Below are positions 1 through 11,219 of a stretch of 38,178 nucleotides of DNA, in pieces. The DNA is from Anthoceros angustus. Taxonomy: Eukaryota > Plantae > Anthocerotophyta. The first letter of the stretch is position 1. Each line of letters opens with the position of its first letter. The notes beneath the pieces were generated by a model. It had not been told where the DNA came from, ran no database searches, and saw only the letters and a list, made by a program, of their open reading frames with translations. The stretch lies in the NCBI GenBank assembly GCA_010909165.1, contig VJWM01000362.1:1-38178 (forward strand). The letters run 5' to 3'. Position numbers and translations under genes: made by a program.

Positions 1-21
1 GGAGGCCAAATGCTCAGCCAT
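1..21 (-). CDS. Possible start (MAEHLAS...) of a gene running off the left edge
   Basis: The minus strand reads GCAGCC-ATG-G at 21, a strong plant start context. It is preceded by a GC-rich UTR-like stretch and a CCCTAAACCCT telo-box-like motif at ~257-268. Only 7 codons are visible. Confidence 0.25.
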
Positions 22-579
22 GGCTGCTCCTTGTGCCCTGCTCTGCCTCCACCTCCGTCCTCGTCACCACAGACTGCCGACTCAAGCGCAATACAGACTT
101 GGATCACCTCATGCCCTCCTGACTGCAGGGATGTGCGCCCACCTCCCGACTTCACAGTCTCGGGCACAAAGCGATCGCTAGCGCGCTCGGTCGCACGGCG
201 GCGTTTCCACACCGGGCTTGACCAGCTGCAGCACGCAAAAGAACCTTTCGCGCGACAGGGTTTAGGGCTATGGCCTCCCAATCCCAAACTCCCAAACTCT
301 ACTTCATCAAAAATATCATGTCAAGTTGGAGAGTTAGCAGAAGTTACTATCATTTTCGTTTCCTTACTTCAGGGCACGCATGTTCATACACCTGGATACT
401 AGATAATGCGAGGGAGAGTAACGATACTGATGAAATAAAGTAGAAAGGTGAAAATTTAAAAGAGGTAAAAAGTTAATTAGTAGTTCTTTTATTAAAAATA
501 TAATATGGTACGATGAAATAAAGTAGAAAGGTGAAAAGTTAAAAGAAGTAAAAAGCTATTGTTCATTAAGAAATGCATA

Positions 580-1795
580 TGTTGCGTGCTTCATACAATC
601 TACTATTAAGGCAGAATTGCTAGAGCCACTAATGAAGAGCTGCCTAGAGAGGACTCTTAGTGATCACCTTTGTAAGAATCCCTGAGTTAATAAGCGCTTA
701 ATTGAGGTCGGTGAGGGATATATAAGGGCTAGATCAAAGGCTTTGAGGACACTCACTCGTGGAGAGGGGGCAAGTACAGAGCAAGAGAGCTAGCTAGTAA
801 GCTTGTCGTGGAGTCAAGGCGCTAGTTGGGTGTAGATAGCCAGACTCCATGGTTTTCGATGTAGATAAGCCAGACTCCATGGTTTTAGATGTAGATAAGC
901 TAGACTCTATCGTTTTAGGTGTAGATAGCCAGACTCCATCGTTTTATTACATCAATAAAGAGCAGCACTTCGGGGCAGTAGCCACTTGGGTGTAGATAGC
1001 CAGACTCCAAAGTTGTATTCTATCAATAATCAGCAGCACCTCCTTGTCATGGAGTCAAGGGCAATAGCCAGTTGGGTGTAGATAGCCGGACTCCATCGTT
1101 TTAGATGTAGATAGCCATAGCCGGACTCCATGGTTTTAGATGTAGATAGCCAGACTCCATGGTTTTAGATGTAGAGTTGATTCTATCGTTTTAGATGTAG
1201 ATAGGACTCCATCGTTTTAGATGTAGATAGCCGAGACTCCATCGTTTTATTCTATCAATAAAGAGCAGCACTTAGTAGCGGTGGGTGTAGATAGCCGACT
1301 CCATCGTTGTATTCTATCAATAAACAACATCATTCTATCAATAACAAAGCAGCACCTCCTCATAGCCGACTCCAAGAATACAATAAGCAAAAGCACCTCG
1401 AGGAGGTGGTTTGGGAGTCGCTACGGGCTACTTGGAGCGGAGGTGGTTTGGGAGTCGTCAGTGGACGGCGGGCTACTTGGAGCCTAGTACCGTTTCGTGA
1501 GGTTGAGAGCGCTGAGAATCGTGCAAGTATATTGAGGAGTGAATTGACGAGGTCCTAAACCGTTGGAAAGCTCATGCCGGTATATTGTGGAGTGAATTGG
1601 TGAGGTCCTAATATCGCTTCCTTACGGCCTGTGTAGTGAGGGGCGTTAGTGGGAGGAGGGATTACTTGGGATTACTTACAACATGTACATACGTGCGTAG
1701 TGAGGGGCACATATGTACGTGCGTAGTGAGGGGCACATACGTGCGTAGTGAAGGGCGTTACCGGGAGGAGGGATTACTTGGGACTACTTACAACA
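580..1795 (+). mobile_element. Putative solo-LTR-like element
   Basis: Starts TGTTG (580) and ends CAACA (1683, repeated at 1795 in a duplicated end). TATATAA at 719-725, AATAAA motifs and internal tandem repeats. No matching TSD seen. Confidence 0.35.
828..1400. repeat. ~29-bp minisatellite (TGTAGATAGCCAGACTCCATCGTTTTAGA), ~12 copies with higher-order structure
   Basis: Unit starts at ~831, 860, 890, 920, 991, 1077, 1106, 1141, 1170, 1196, 1222 and 1286. Short units are followed by two longer variants, and this block occurs twice. Confidence 0.9.
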
Positions 1796-2440
1796 TGTAC
1801 ATGTGTACCTCCTTAGTTATTTGGTTATTAGAATTTTTAAAACACGACGCAAGATGCCTGTGCCCTCGTTAGGAAAGTTGATGGTGAGTAATGGCGGTGA
1901 CTCACGCCAACCCTGGTTACTCCAGTAAGACAAAGCCAGGACTCGAGGGCTAAATGCTTGTACACCTAGTGGGCGACCCAACTTTATGTAATTAGTCTCT
2001 TTGGAGCACCCAACAAGACCTACCCATTAAAGTAGCCAGTTCAACACGGTTGGACTTGGACGATTGAGTCGAGGTCTCGTTTCACTGCCCGGAACCCCGA
2101 ATCTGGAATGGGATGTGGTGAGGAAGCCAAAGCGTGCGGGCCAGTGGACTTGGTCTACGCGTTGGTGGGTGGCCACTGGCCAGCCCTCCGGCTGGAGAAT
2201 TTGATGTTGGTCCGGATCCGGTTGGGAGCAGCAAGGCCGTGCGTGCAGGTGGAATGCAGAGCGCATCCGTCCCGCTCTGTGTAGCAACAGCAACAGCAAT
2301 AGCAACCGTAGAGGGCATCCGATTTCGGCTGCTGAGCCGCCCGCGTCTCCAACATTAATCGTGCTGAAGCTCGGTGGCGCAGGATCGAGGCAGACCTAGC
2401 TTTAGGCCTAGTGCGGGTTCCAGCGGCAGCTGCCAGAGCC

Positions 2441-3388
2441 ATGGGCTGGTTTCTGCCATCGCACATGGACCAGGGGTGATCTTCGGGGTTAGGACTGTGG
2501 CACCTGGCCAACACGCTGAGCTCGTTCGTGAGGCGGCCCAAGGAGTTCCGCTACCGGACGTGGTTCCCGGTCCGCCTCCCGGCACGCTGCGGTACCTGGA
2601 GCTCTGGTTCATCCTGTTGGTGATCGTGGTGTTCATCGGGAAGCAGCTGTCGCGGGCCTCGGGGACCTGAGCGTGGGCAGGATCCAGATGGAGCATATGC
2701 AGCGCTACCAGCACGTGACGTTCGCCTTCCTGTTCCTGGTGTACGCGGTGGCGGGCCTGCTGAGCGAGCCTGGGCGTGCTGCCGCTCCCCGAGGGGCGCT
2801 GCACGCCACCTTCGCCCTGGGCTTTGCGGCGGAGCTGCTGGTGTTCCACCTGGGGCACCACCCCGGGGACAATCTGGAGAGCTTTGTGCACATGCTGATG
2901 CAGCTCATTCTGGTGACCATGGTGGCTTCCATGCTGCTGGAGATTAGGTATCCCCGGAGCTTTTTGGTGTCGGTGGCTAGCAGCATGCTGCTGGTGTTCA
3001 AGGGCACATGGTTCTTCCACATCGGGCTGCTCATCAATGTGGATGCCTGCATTCCCTACGGCTGCGTGAGGGGCCCTGCGGATTACCCCATCTGCGAAGA
3101 CCCCGAGAGCAAATGCGAGCTCGGTCCTTGCAGGTGCTGGTGTTCGGGTGGCATGCTGCCGGGATTGTGGTGGCCACTTATGTGGCGTATGCTGTCATGG
3201 TGCACGCCCATGTGTACCCGGTGGGCAAGACACATTACCACAGGCTGCAGTTTGTGGATGCTGCTGGCGACCTGTCGGACATGTCGGATGGTGACCTGTC
3301 TCCCGACTCTAATGCTGTTCCCACCATCAGCGTTGTGCCCAGGTCTCTTTCAGACGCCTCAGCAGGAACTCCCCAGGAACAAGCTTGA
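2441..3388 (+). CDS. TMEM45: TMEM45/DUF716-family multi-pass membrane protein, intronless, with apparent frameshifts
   Basis: Joining frames gives MGWFL..HMGPGVIFGVLGLWHLANTL..RYRTWFPVRLPGTLRYLELWF..QHVTFAFLFLVYA..FAAELLVFHLGHH..LESFVHMLMQL..GTWFFHIG..IPYGC..C..RARSLQVLVFGWH, the His/Trp pattern of plant DUF716 proteins. Frame changes at ~2467, 2489, 2580, 2665 and 3108 all sit in G/T/C/A runs. The stop may be at 3388 or 3416. Confidence 0.8.
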
Positions 3389-4189
3389 CTCTCCGTTGTG
3401 GAACCCGTCATCCTGACTTGATTGCCGCCCAGCGATGTTGTGTTGTCCTCCGCTTGATGCACATGGCCATCCATAGCTGTGTGACCTTCCTTTTAGGCAG
3501 CCATGTCAAGTCACCATTGCGACAACTACAACAAGCTTGGTGGAACTATGTATAATTAACTGTCGTAGAGTGGCACGTTGGAGACAGTGCTCAGTATCGT
3601 TGACGATCGGATTGGAGATGAGATATGAGCACTGGGCACCCTCCATCTTATCTCCACCTGACAGGGTACATGTATGGCGTGGATAAACAGGTGGCAGACC
3701 TCTTCTTTGGATCATCTCCTCCCTCAAGGACGTGGCCAACGTCTGGCGGATGCAGTTGTCTCTTTCCGTCACTTTTGCTGTGTTTTACCGTCGCACGAAG
3801 CTTCTGCAAATGCGCTTTGGCGGAACAAAACGTTTTAACCCGGAAGTTTTGTCTCTGGTGGTCTGTAACTCTGGTATCCTCATTGCAACTCTGGTATGCA
3901 CCTGGGATTCATGTTTGCCCGCCGATACAATGCGGAGATTAAAGATGTAGGTCAAAGACGGAGATGCTAGATATGTGCACTTTTTAGAATTGTTGTTTGC
4001 TACAACTTTTTTGGGTGGAAGAGCTGAGTTTCTCCTCAACCTGCGGGGTGTAAAAGGGTTCTTTTCATTCCCTTCTCACCTATCCAAATAATTCCACTCT
4101 CCAATGATTCCAAGCCCATTTAGTTCCATACATTCTCACTTAGATAGCTTTTAATAGGCTTTTTACAGTCATGTTTGGATGGCTTTTAA

Positions 4190-4580
4190 CACTCAATGCT
4201 CGGATGGGCTTCTAACATTTATGCTCGGGTAATGCTCGGATGGGCTTTTAATATTTATGCTCGACTAACACTCGATTCTAACATTTATGCTCAGCTAACT
4301 ATGCTCAGCTAACACACTGGATTCTAACATTTATGCTCGGCTAACACACGGGATTCTAACATTTATGCTCGGCTAACACTGGATTCTAACATTTATGCTC
4401 GGCTAACATTGAATTGTAACATTTATGCTCGGCTAACACTGGATTCTAATATTTATGCTCGGCTAACACTGGATTCTAACATTTATGCTCGGCTAACAAT
4501 GGATTCCAACATTTATGCTCGGCTAACACTCAATTCTAGCATTCATGTTCCGCTAACACTCGAACATGGATGAACTTCTA
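4190..4580. repeat. 30-bp minisatellite (GGATTCTAACATTTATGCTCGGCTAACACT), ~12 copies
   Basis: Directly visible tandem units, near-perfect from 4320 to 4530 and degenerate at both edges. Confidence 0.92.
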
Positions 4581-5256
4581 ATACTCAATTCTTTGGTCTA
4601 TATTGCAAGCCTAGGCTTTTCTAGGGATTTGGGCCTACTCTGCCTCCATCCTAACCTCGCATTTCTTAGTCAGGGATTCCCACATCTTGGAGGCCTTCAT
4701 CGCGGGCGTTGAGGAGGGAGCTCTCCCCTACAAGTGTCCCTAAAATTGGGCAGGGAATCTTTACCCTCTGAGGCTAGGGTAATCATACCTCATTGTTCCT
4801 CCTTCCTGGAGGTTGCCCCATGTGGGCTTCAGGCATTTGTCGCTCTGCCAACATAGCTAACCATGCCAAGTAGCCACACAGGCTTTAACTAGAAGGCAAA
4901 AAGTGACCAGGCCACTAAGCGCATAGGCCTTTGGTTAGGGGCAAGCAACAAAGCAGGAGTTTGTGATGGTTCGAGTCAAGCCTCCAAAATAGGCTTATCA
5001 CTTGATAGACTTATCAATTAAACAAGTATGTAGAGTATGTAAAGCACTGCACTTGATGGTTCGAGTAGGCCTCCAAAATAGGCTTATCATTTAAACAAGT
5101 ATTTAATAAATCTCTAAAAAATAGACTTATCAACTAACTACCAAAAGAGCAAAGTAAAAGAGGAACTAGACAACATCCTGAGCGGCGAAGAGTGAAAAGT
5201 ACGATTGCTAGGAAGTTATCTTCCATCTCAACTTCACCACCGTCCACTGCTCTGCC

Positions 5257-6738
5257 ATGAACGTCTTGCCTTACATTGCATACGCAAGCAGTCTTGTGGG
5301 CCTGGTGGATGCGTACTTCAGAGTGATGACGAAAGTGTATGGCATCATGCCCATAGCCATGGAGGCCATGCTGCAAGCATCATGGGTCAGAGTCGTCAGG
5401 TCAGTGGCAATGGAGGTTACCTACGTTGCGGTTGGATTTCCTTCACGTCCAGAAGCGTAGTAGCCGTAAGCTGCTCCAAGGATGTGCGGTTTTTAGTGAC
5501 TTGCCTTCCTTAAAAGCAAACAGACAGAAGCTAACCCAACCACCGAGCCTGGTGGCAGGGATTGGAAGGAGTAGTCCCTCGCACATCTTGCCACACAAGC
5601 ATGGCGGAGAAGGCGAGGCAAGTCCTGTGGGCACTCCGATCTTGATGTCCAACGCACAGCTGTTCAGATGAGTGAAGGACAGTACAAAACCAAGGATCCT
5701 CATGCTGTCAGCTTAAGCAAACGTGCGGGATGCTCAACAATTCCTCCTGGATGCCCACTTGCCGTATCTGCCAGCTTCAACCTTCAAGTTCAGCGCCAAG
5801 CCGGGGAATGGCCAACATCGCAGATAATTATCAACCGACCGGAACAACGATGGCAAAGTAAGGATCTGCGGGATACTGTGACATCCGATGGTCGTCTTAC
5901 AATCCTGGTGATCTGCGCAACATCCTTGATGAAGGGCCAACAGCAGTCGACAGGGAAGACCTGGGAAGACGCTGCACGCCGACCTGCAACAAGTTACTTT
6001 GCTCTACAGAGAGTCCAGACAGTGCAGAAATCGGGGCTCACTTGCTGGCGCATCTCACCGGACGTTGATGCTCTGATGGAGCAGTTACCCATGACTTATT
6101 CAACTGTGGAACAAAAGTTGGTGGATTGAGTATGGTCAACAATTGGACATCACTGGGAAACCTGGTTCTTGACCAGTTGGTGCGGACTTACCACTCACCA
6201 GGCAAGACGAGCCCATCGTCAGCCCCGGTCATCCAGCCGCGCGAGTGATTGAGCTGCGCTGTTCGCAGCCGGTGAGATGCTGCGCAGTATATGCTCTCAA
6301 GACGCCCCCAACTTTGTCCGACTGGACATGGCAATTCTTGGTCTGCAAAGTTGCATTGTAGCAAGAGGCAAGTCATCGGACGTCGGACGATTGATGCAAG
6401 ACATCTTCTCAGACCTGGTCAATCAGCCGCGCTCAGTGATTGAGCTGTGCTGCCCGCAACCGTTGTGATGCTTACCGAATATATGCTTTCAAAATGCTGC
6501 CCCCTATCGTCCGACGGGACAGGGCAATTGTTAGTTTGCGGACTTGCCTTGCAACAAGATGGCATGGGCTCAAATCCTCCGTTTGATGAAAGCAAACGTT
6601 CCATCCTATACCATCTCACGGGACCGCTTTCTCCATTCAATCCTATCCAGCAAGTACACCCGCAACAGCAGTGGACTCCACAAGTCAGGAGAGCAGTACA
6701 GGATCAAGTCACCGTGTGAAGTGGATAGCTATGCCTGA
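5257..6738 (+). pseudogene. Unidentified intronless coding-like region (gene with sequencing errors, or pseudogene) with an internal ~190-bp repeat
   Basis: GCC-ATG at 5257, then a chain of abutting or overlapping + ORFs (5257-5460, 5426-5671, 5668-6129, 6277-6468, 6447-6719, 6544-6738). Diverged tandem repeat 6228-6417 vs 6418-6560. No family recognised. Confidence 0.4.
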
Positions 6739-6934
6739 GAACGCAACGCCCCTGAACACGGTGAACGGTGGTGACTAGGCGCCAGATGCCGACACACCAC
6801 TTCTTTCAAAACAAAGAAAGCACCATCCCACCCCTTTGCTCTTGACGTCATGGTTTGGAACCCAGCTGCAGAAGTTTCAGGACTTGCCTGAAATTCGGAC
6901 TACTTGCACACGATGACTTCGTCGTCGCTGTTCA

Positions 6935-9900
6935 CTAGTTTGGAAGAAGGTTGCCAACTATGTAGAGCTTATCGTTCTCTGCTATCAGGTCAGTAGAACG
7001 AATCTCACCTCCATCTCCATTCAAGATGAAGGACCGAGTGCCCCCGAACTGCTCGACGGCAATACCCAATAGCTCTTCAATAGTCCCTGGTGCCCAAACA
7101 ACCAACCCTGCTGTCCGTTTCTCTTCCTGAGTCCAAGGATGGTATGGGAAAATTGTAACTCGTCTGGATACACGCGATTCTCCCATCAACCGAAATTTCG
7201 CAGCGGATCTCCTGCCTGACATGTTGTGGGGACTTGACGAATACCCACGTGGTCGGTCACTGTCTATTCCCCATTCCGAGATTTCAAACCCATCAGCCTG
7301 CTCCTCACTTTCATCCTTCTCGAACCTTACTTGTCGGTATGAGACATTCGTTTCGTCGAACTCCGAATTGGTTCGAGGTTGCTCAGGCTCTGAAGATCCT
7401 GATCCTCTCCCAGAACTTGCCATATTCGTCCCTCCGCGCACCCGTTCAAGCATGGCTTCGGTCTGTTTCTTCCTGACAGCTGCTGCAGCTATGGCATCTG
7501 CACAGGCACATGGGAGAGAGAACTTTGGGCTTTGGACCACAGAATTAAAAGTCAACGAGACACCCAGGACCATCGCAAAGTACAAATGTATTTGAACCTG
7601 GCGTGCGGTCTGCATTCTCCGTCAAGGCGGTTCCTGGGAGACCATCACCATGGGACGTAGGTTTTGAGCGTTTGTCGTCGATGTTGGCTGACGTTTCCAA
7701 AAGAGTGACTACAGTTCCGTTGCCTGTTCTCCTCGCATCCTCCAGGGGAGTGTTCCCCATCTGCACAGTTCATCAGATGAGTCATCGGCTTCTGAGTTAG
7801 AAGAGCATCCCCAGGTGCAGTAGCGACCACTAAAACCTTGCTGAAATGGAAGCAACCAACCTGTCTTTTGCATTGATGTTAGCTCCAGCGCCAAGTAGGA
7901 CACTCGCAATCAAATGCAACCCTTCGGATGCTGCGACGTGAAGAGGAGTTCGGAGATCATAATCCACAGAGTTGGGATCAGCTCCATAAGCAAGCAGACG
8001 CTTCAGAAACTCTATGTCTCCAGTCATTGAGACATTGCAGAGGAAAGCCCCAGCCTCTTGGAGCAGGAGACGTGCACCCTTCTCGTACAGGGTTCCTGCT
8101 GTGACATCATGGCCACCTTTTAAAGCTTCCAGTAAAGGAGTGATGCCATTATTATCTGCAAGATAAACATACAACCGGAATGACAGTCGGCGAGACATCT
8201 TGACATATGTAGCCTCTCCACCACGCAACATTCACTGTTGGGGTTTGCTGTAACATCAGGGACACATACCTATGGCATTCAAATCTGCCTTCTCACTTAT
8301 CAGGAACAAAACAAGTTCCTTATGGCCCTTGCAGCCGCCAGGTGCTGCCCACATGGTTAAAACAGGGAATGAGCGAGAAGGAAATGCCGGTTGCATAATA
8401 ATAAAGCACAGCACAAACACAAATTGAATACTATTGGCCAATCCAAGTTTCACCGCTACATATGCAGGAACATACAAGAGCTGTTCTTCCGTCATAGTCT
8501 GTCCTTGTGGGATCTGCACCGGCCTTGATGAGTTGTCTCACATGGCTTATGTCTCCTTGATAAGCAGCATGGATCACCATGAGCTAACTCTGCATCCTGT
8601 TTAGACAGCAAATAATTTATGTCTGCTGCTCTCTGTCGTAGTCGATCATCAGATTCCTTACCCTGGAAACAAAGCAGCACGTTAGGGCCATGCCAGTAAC
8701 CAGGCAGACCAGGCAGACAGCTATAAGAGATATCAGTAGAAGCTGGTTGAACTTAAATTTCGTACCACCAGCAAGTTGTTGATTATCTGGCGTCCATCCA
8801 AGTAAAGATTTGCAACAAGTTTGAAAAGGACTGCTTATCCAACTGAAGCAACTTGCACAGTTCAACCACTCGAACTGTGTAGGGCTGAGGAACATTACAG
8901 AGCACAGCCACCTCACCAAACACGCCATATTCTTCCAGCTGGGCAACTGGTTTTCAATCCCATCCTCCCCTACCACAACTTCCTCCTGCGAAAACCATTA
9001 TTGAAGTTAACGCTTTTAGGCCAGAAATGGTCAAATGACATATCACCCGGCAGAATGCCTACCAACAACCCATATGAAATTATATACAGTTGGTCAACTG
9101 CATCTCTTTGCTCCAATATCACTTCACCAGGTAAAAAATTCTTCCGCACTCTAGACACCTATAAAGAAATCGACAGTTAGCAGTCGGAAATCAGGGAGTT
9201 TCAGGTGCGGCTCCACGAGCATCATGGGCTTTCTATAGACTCACAATTTGACTGATAAATTCGCTGGTGCAACCTTTAAGCAAGGAGACATGCTCAACTG
9301 TCCCACGATAGAGTTCTTGAGCAACCTGTCGACGAGCACATGGTTTAGTAAAGTGTAGTTTGCCTCTGTAGCATTCACATTACCCATGAACATTGTTCTG
9401 CCAAATTGAAAACGAACTTGATATTGTCATGAAGATGACACGAAACTGACTGGCGAGACGCTTTCCAAATTAAGGGGTGCTGAATGGCGAACCTTAGCCC
9501 GGATGGTTACCGGGAAGTCTTCGATAACACTGTCGTTGGTCATTTTGCTTTCAAATTGCAAGCGTACATGGCACTTCATTTGATGCCTTAGATGATTATC
9601 AAGAGAATTTCTGTTCATATACTTGATAAGCTCAGCCATCTTGTCTCGAAACTTCTCAGTATTAGAGCCTTTGACAATCAGTGCTGTCATGTTGCCAATC
9701 AGGTATGCACCCAGGATCATGTCGACGGAAGCAAACAGAATGATAAAGAGCATCTCGCGATTGTTAACAGCATGGACATCACCGTAACCTGCCAACAACA
9801 AATTCGGACATGAATCAAGTCTCGCTTGAGAAGTCATACTAAAAGATGCCTGATATTTCAGCACAGAAAGTGGCAACCCAGGGCATTTGCGCTGGAAATC

Positions 9901-11219
9901 AGACAGGGATTGAACACCACCAATCCATCTGAAGATCTTGGTACAGCAAAGTCACATAACATACCTATGGTTGCCATAGTAATGATGGCCCAGTACAGAG
10001 ATGTGACATATCTTGTCCCAACGTCGACATGTCGGAAGTCCTGGTATGATCGATCCCCAAGTTGCAGGCTTCCGATCCAGGTGTCAGTTTCCCGGTCTGA
10101 CGGTACAGTGGTTGCAAGATAATAAAAGAAACAAGCAGCAACATGGGTACAATAAAACTCCACGAATATGAGCTTCAATATTCTGGTGGCGAAATAGTTG
10201 ACACGTATGTCTTTCTCCAAAAGTTCAAGGAAGCCTGTAACCTTCCGAACTCGGTACAGTCGCAACCACACTAAAACCTAACCTCCTCATTCCGACCAGT
10301 AGCCTGTGGATGCAGAAGCCAATTTACTTCGTCAGATGATACCGAAAAGAGCTCAGAACAACCATGTGGCCAGAACCATTTAAATCCTCCTCAAGATGTC
10401 GAATGAACAAAGCTATCTCTCACATGCTGCTAGCTACTGACTAGTAACCTTGTAGATGGAGTCCCAGGGTAAGCAAGCAAGAACATCCGGTAACAAGTTG
10501 CTCTTTGCATATCTGCAGAAGCCCAGGTTGCGAAATGCAACTGAATAAGAAGTAGCGTGAAATACGGCAATGGCGTGAAACCTGGTCCTGACAGAAAGCC
10601 TATGATGTGCAATGTCAGTACATCTTGGACACATCACAATGGATGCAGCATACCTCACAGCGATAGGACGGAAGTCAGTGACCATTCTGTATGTCTCAAC
10701 ATCCTTAAATGCCACGAAAACGTGATAATAACATCAGCAAAAAGAAGAACTGTACAACAATGTCCGTGATCCACAATGCCCGTGGCAGTCCACGAAAAAC
10801 CCGAATTCAAATGGTGTGAATAAGGAAGAGTAGACTGCCAACAGAAGAACAAATTTGGCCCACAGCGAGTATTTCCTGCCACAATTAGTAAGCAGCTCAT
10901 CTTGTTAGCTCATATGAGGAGAGAACAGCGAGAAGGAACAAACACGCAAGGAGAAACTTGGTAAAATGAATTTCAAGATACACATACAATGGCTTTCACA
11001 TGACTGCAACTGAACTCACAAGCTGTTGGGTTGAATGATCCATTGGTGAGATATGTTGGGAGGCCCAGCACGGATATCTAGACCGCTCCGATTAACAGCA
11101 ATCTCTCTCACGATTTTAGTAAGGCGTCCCCTGATAGAGTGCTCCAGAGGATCATCAAAATCTTGAACCTCAAATTCAGAATTTTCATTCTCTGCGGGAG
11201 ACTGCTTTGACCAAAACAT
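6935..11219 (-). CDS. SKOR: Outward-rectifying Shaker-type K+ channel (SKOR/GORK clade): S1-S6, pore, cNBD, ankyrin repeats, KHA domain; 13 exons
   Basis: Exons read by hand with GT-AG boundaries: 11020-11219, 10654-10875, 10449-10512, 9965-10303, 9493-9788, 9245-9325, 9063-9158, 8766-8985, 8476-8662, 8270-8344, 7861-8155, 7598-7760, 6935-7497. Motifs: S4 WLRLYRVRKV, EKDIRVNY, YCTHVAAC, pore TMATIGYGD (split by an intron), S6 DMILGAYLIGNMTALIVKGS, cNBD FLPGEVILEQ..FGEVAVLCNVPQPYTVRV, ankyrin DYDLRTPLHVAASEG, KHA RRVTIFPYHPW..GLVVWAPGTIEEL. About ten apparent frameshifts, all at homopolymer or dinucleotide runs. Confidence 0.93.

Noticed and set aside
828-1400. CRISPR-like ~29-bp repeats
   Set aside because: Units abut with no unique spacers, the longer inserts are themselves repeated, there are no cas genes, and the context is eukaryotic.
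2027-3052. Long minus-strand ORFs (e.g. 2355-3020, 221 aa)
   Set aside because: Antisense shadows of the GC3-rich TMEM45 coding sequence.
4190-4580. CRISPR-like 30-bp repeats
   Set aside because: Pure tandem array without spacers.
7221-7595. Plus-strand ORFs within the channel gene
   Set aside because: Antisense to the last exon, with no independent evidence.
2441-11219. Programmed frameshifting or insertional RNA editing
   Set aside because: Breaks occur at runs of all four bases in unrelated genes and TEs, which sequencing error explains more simply.
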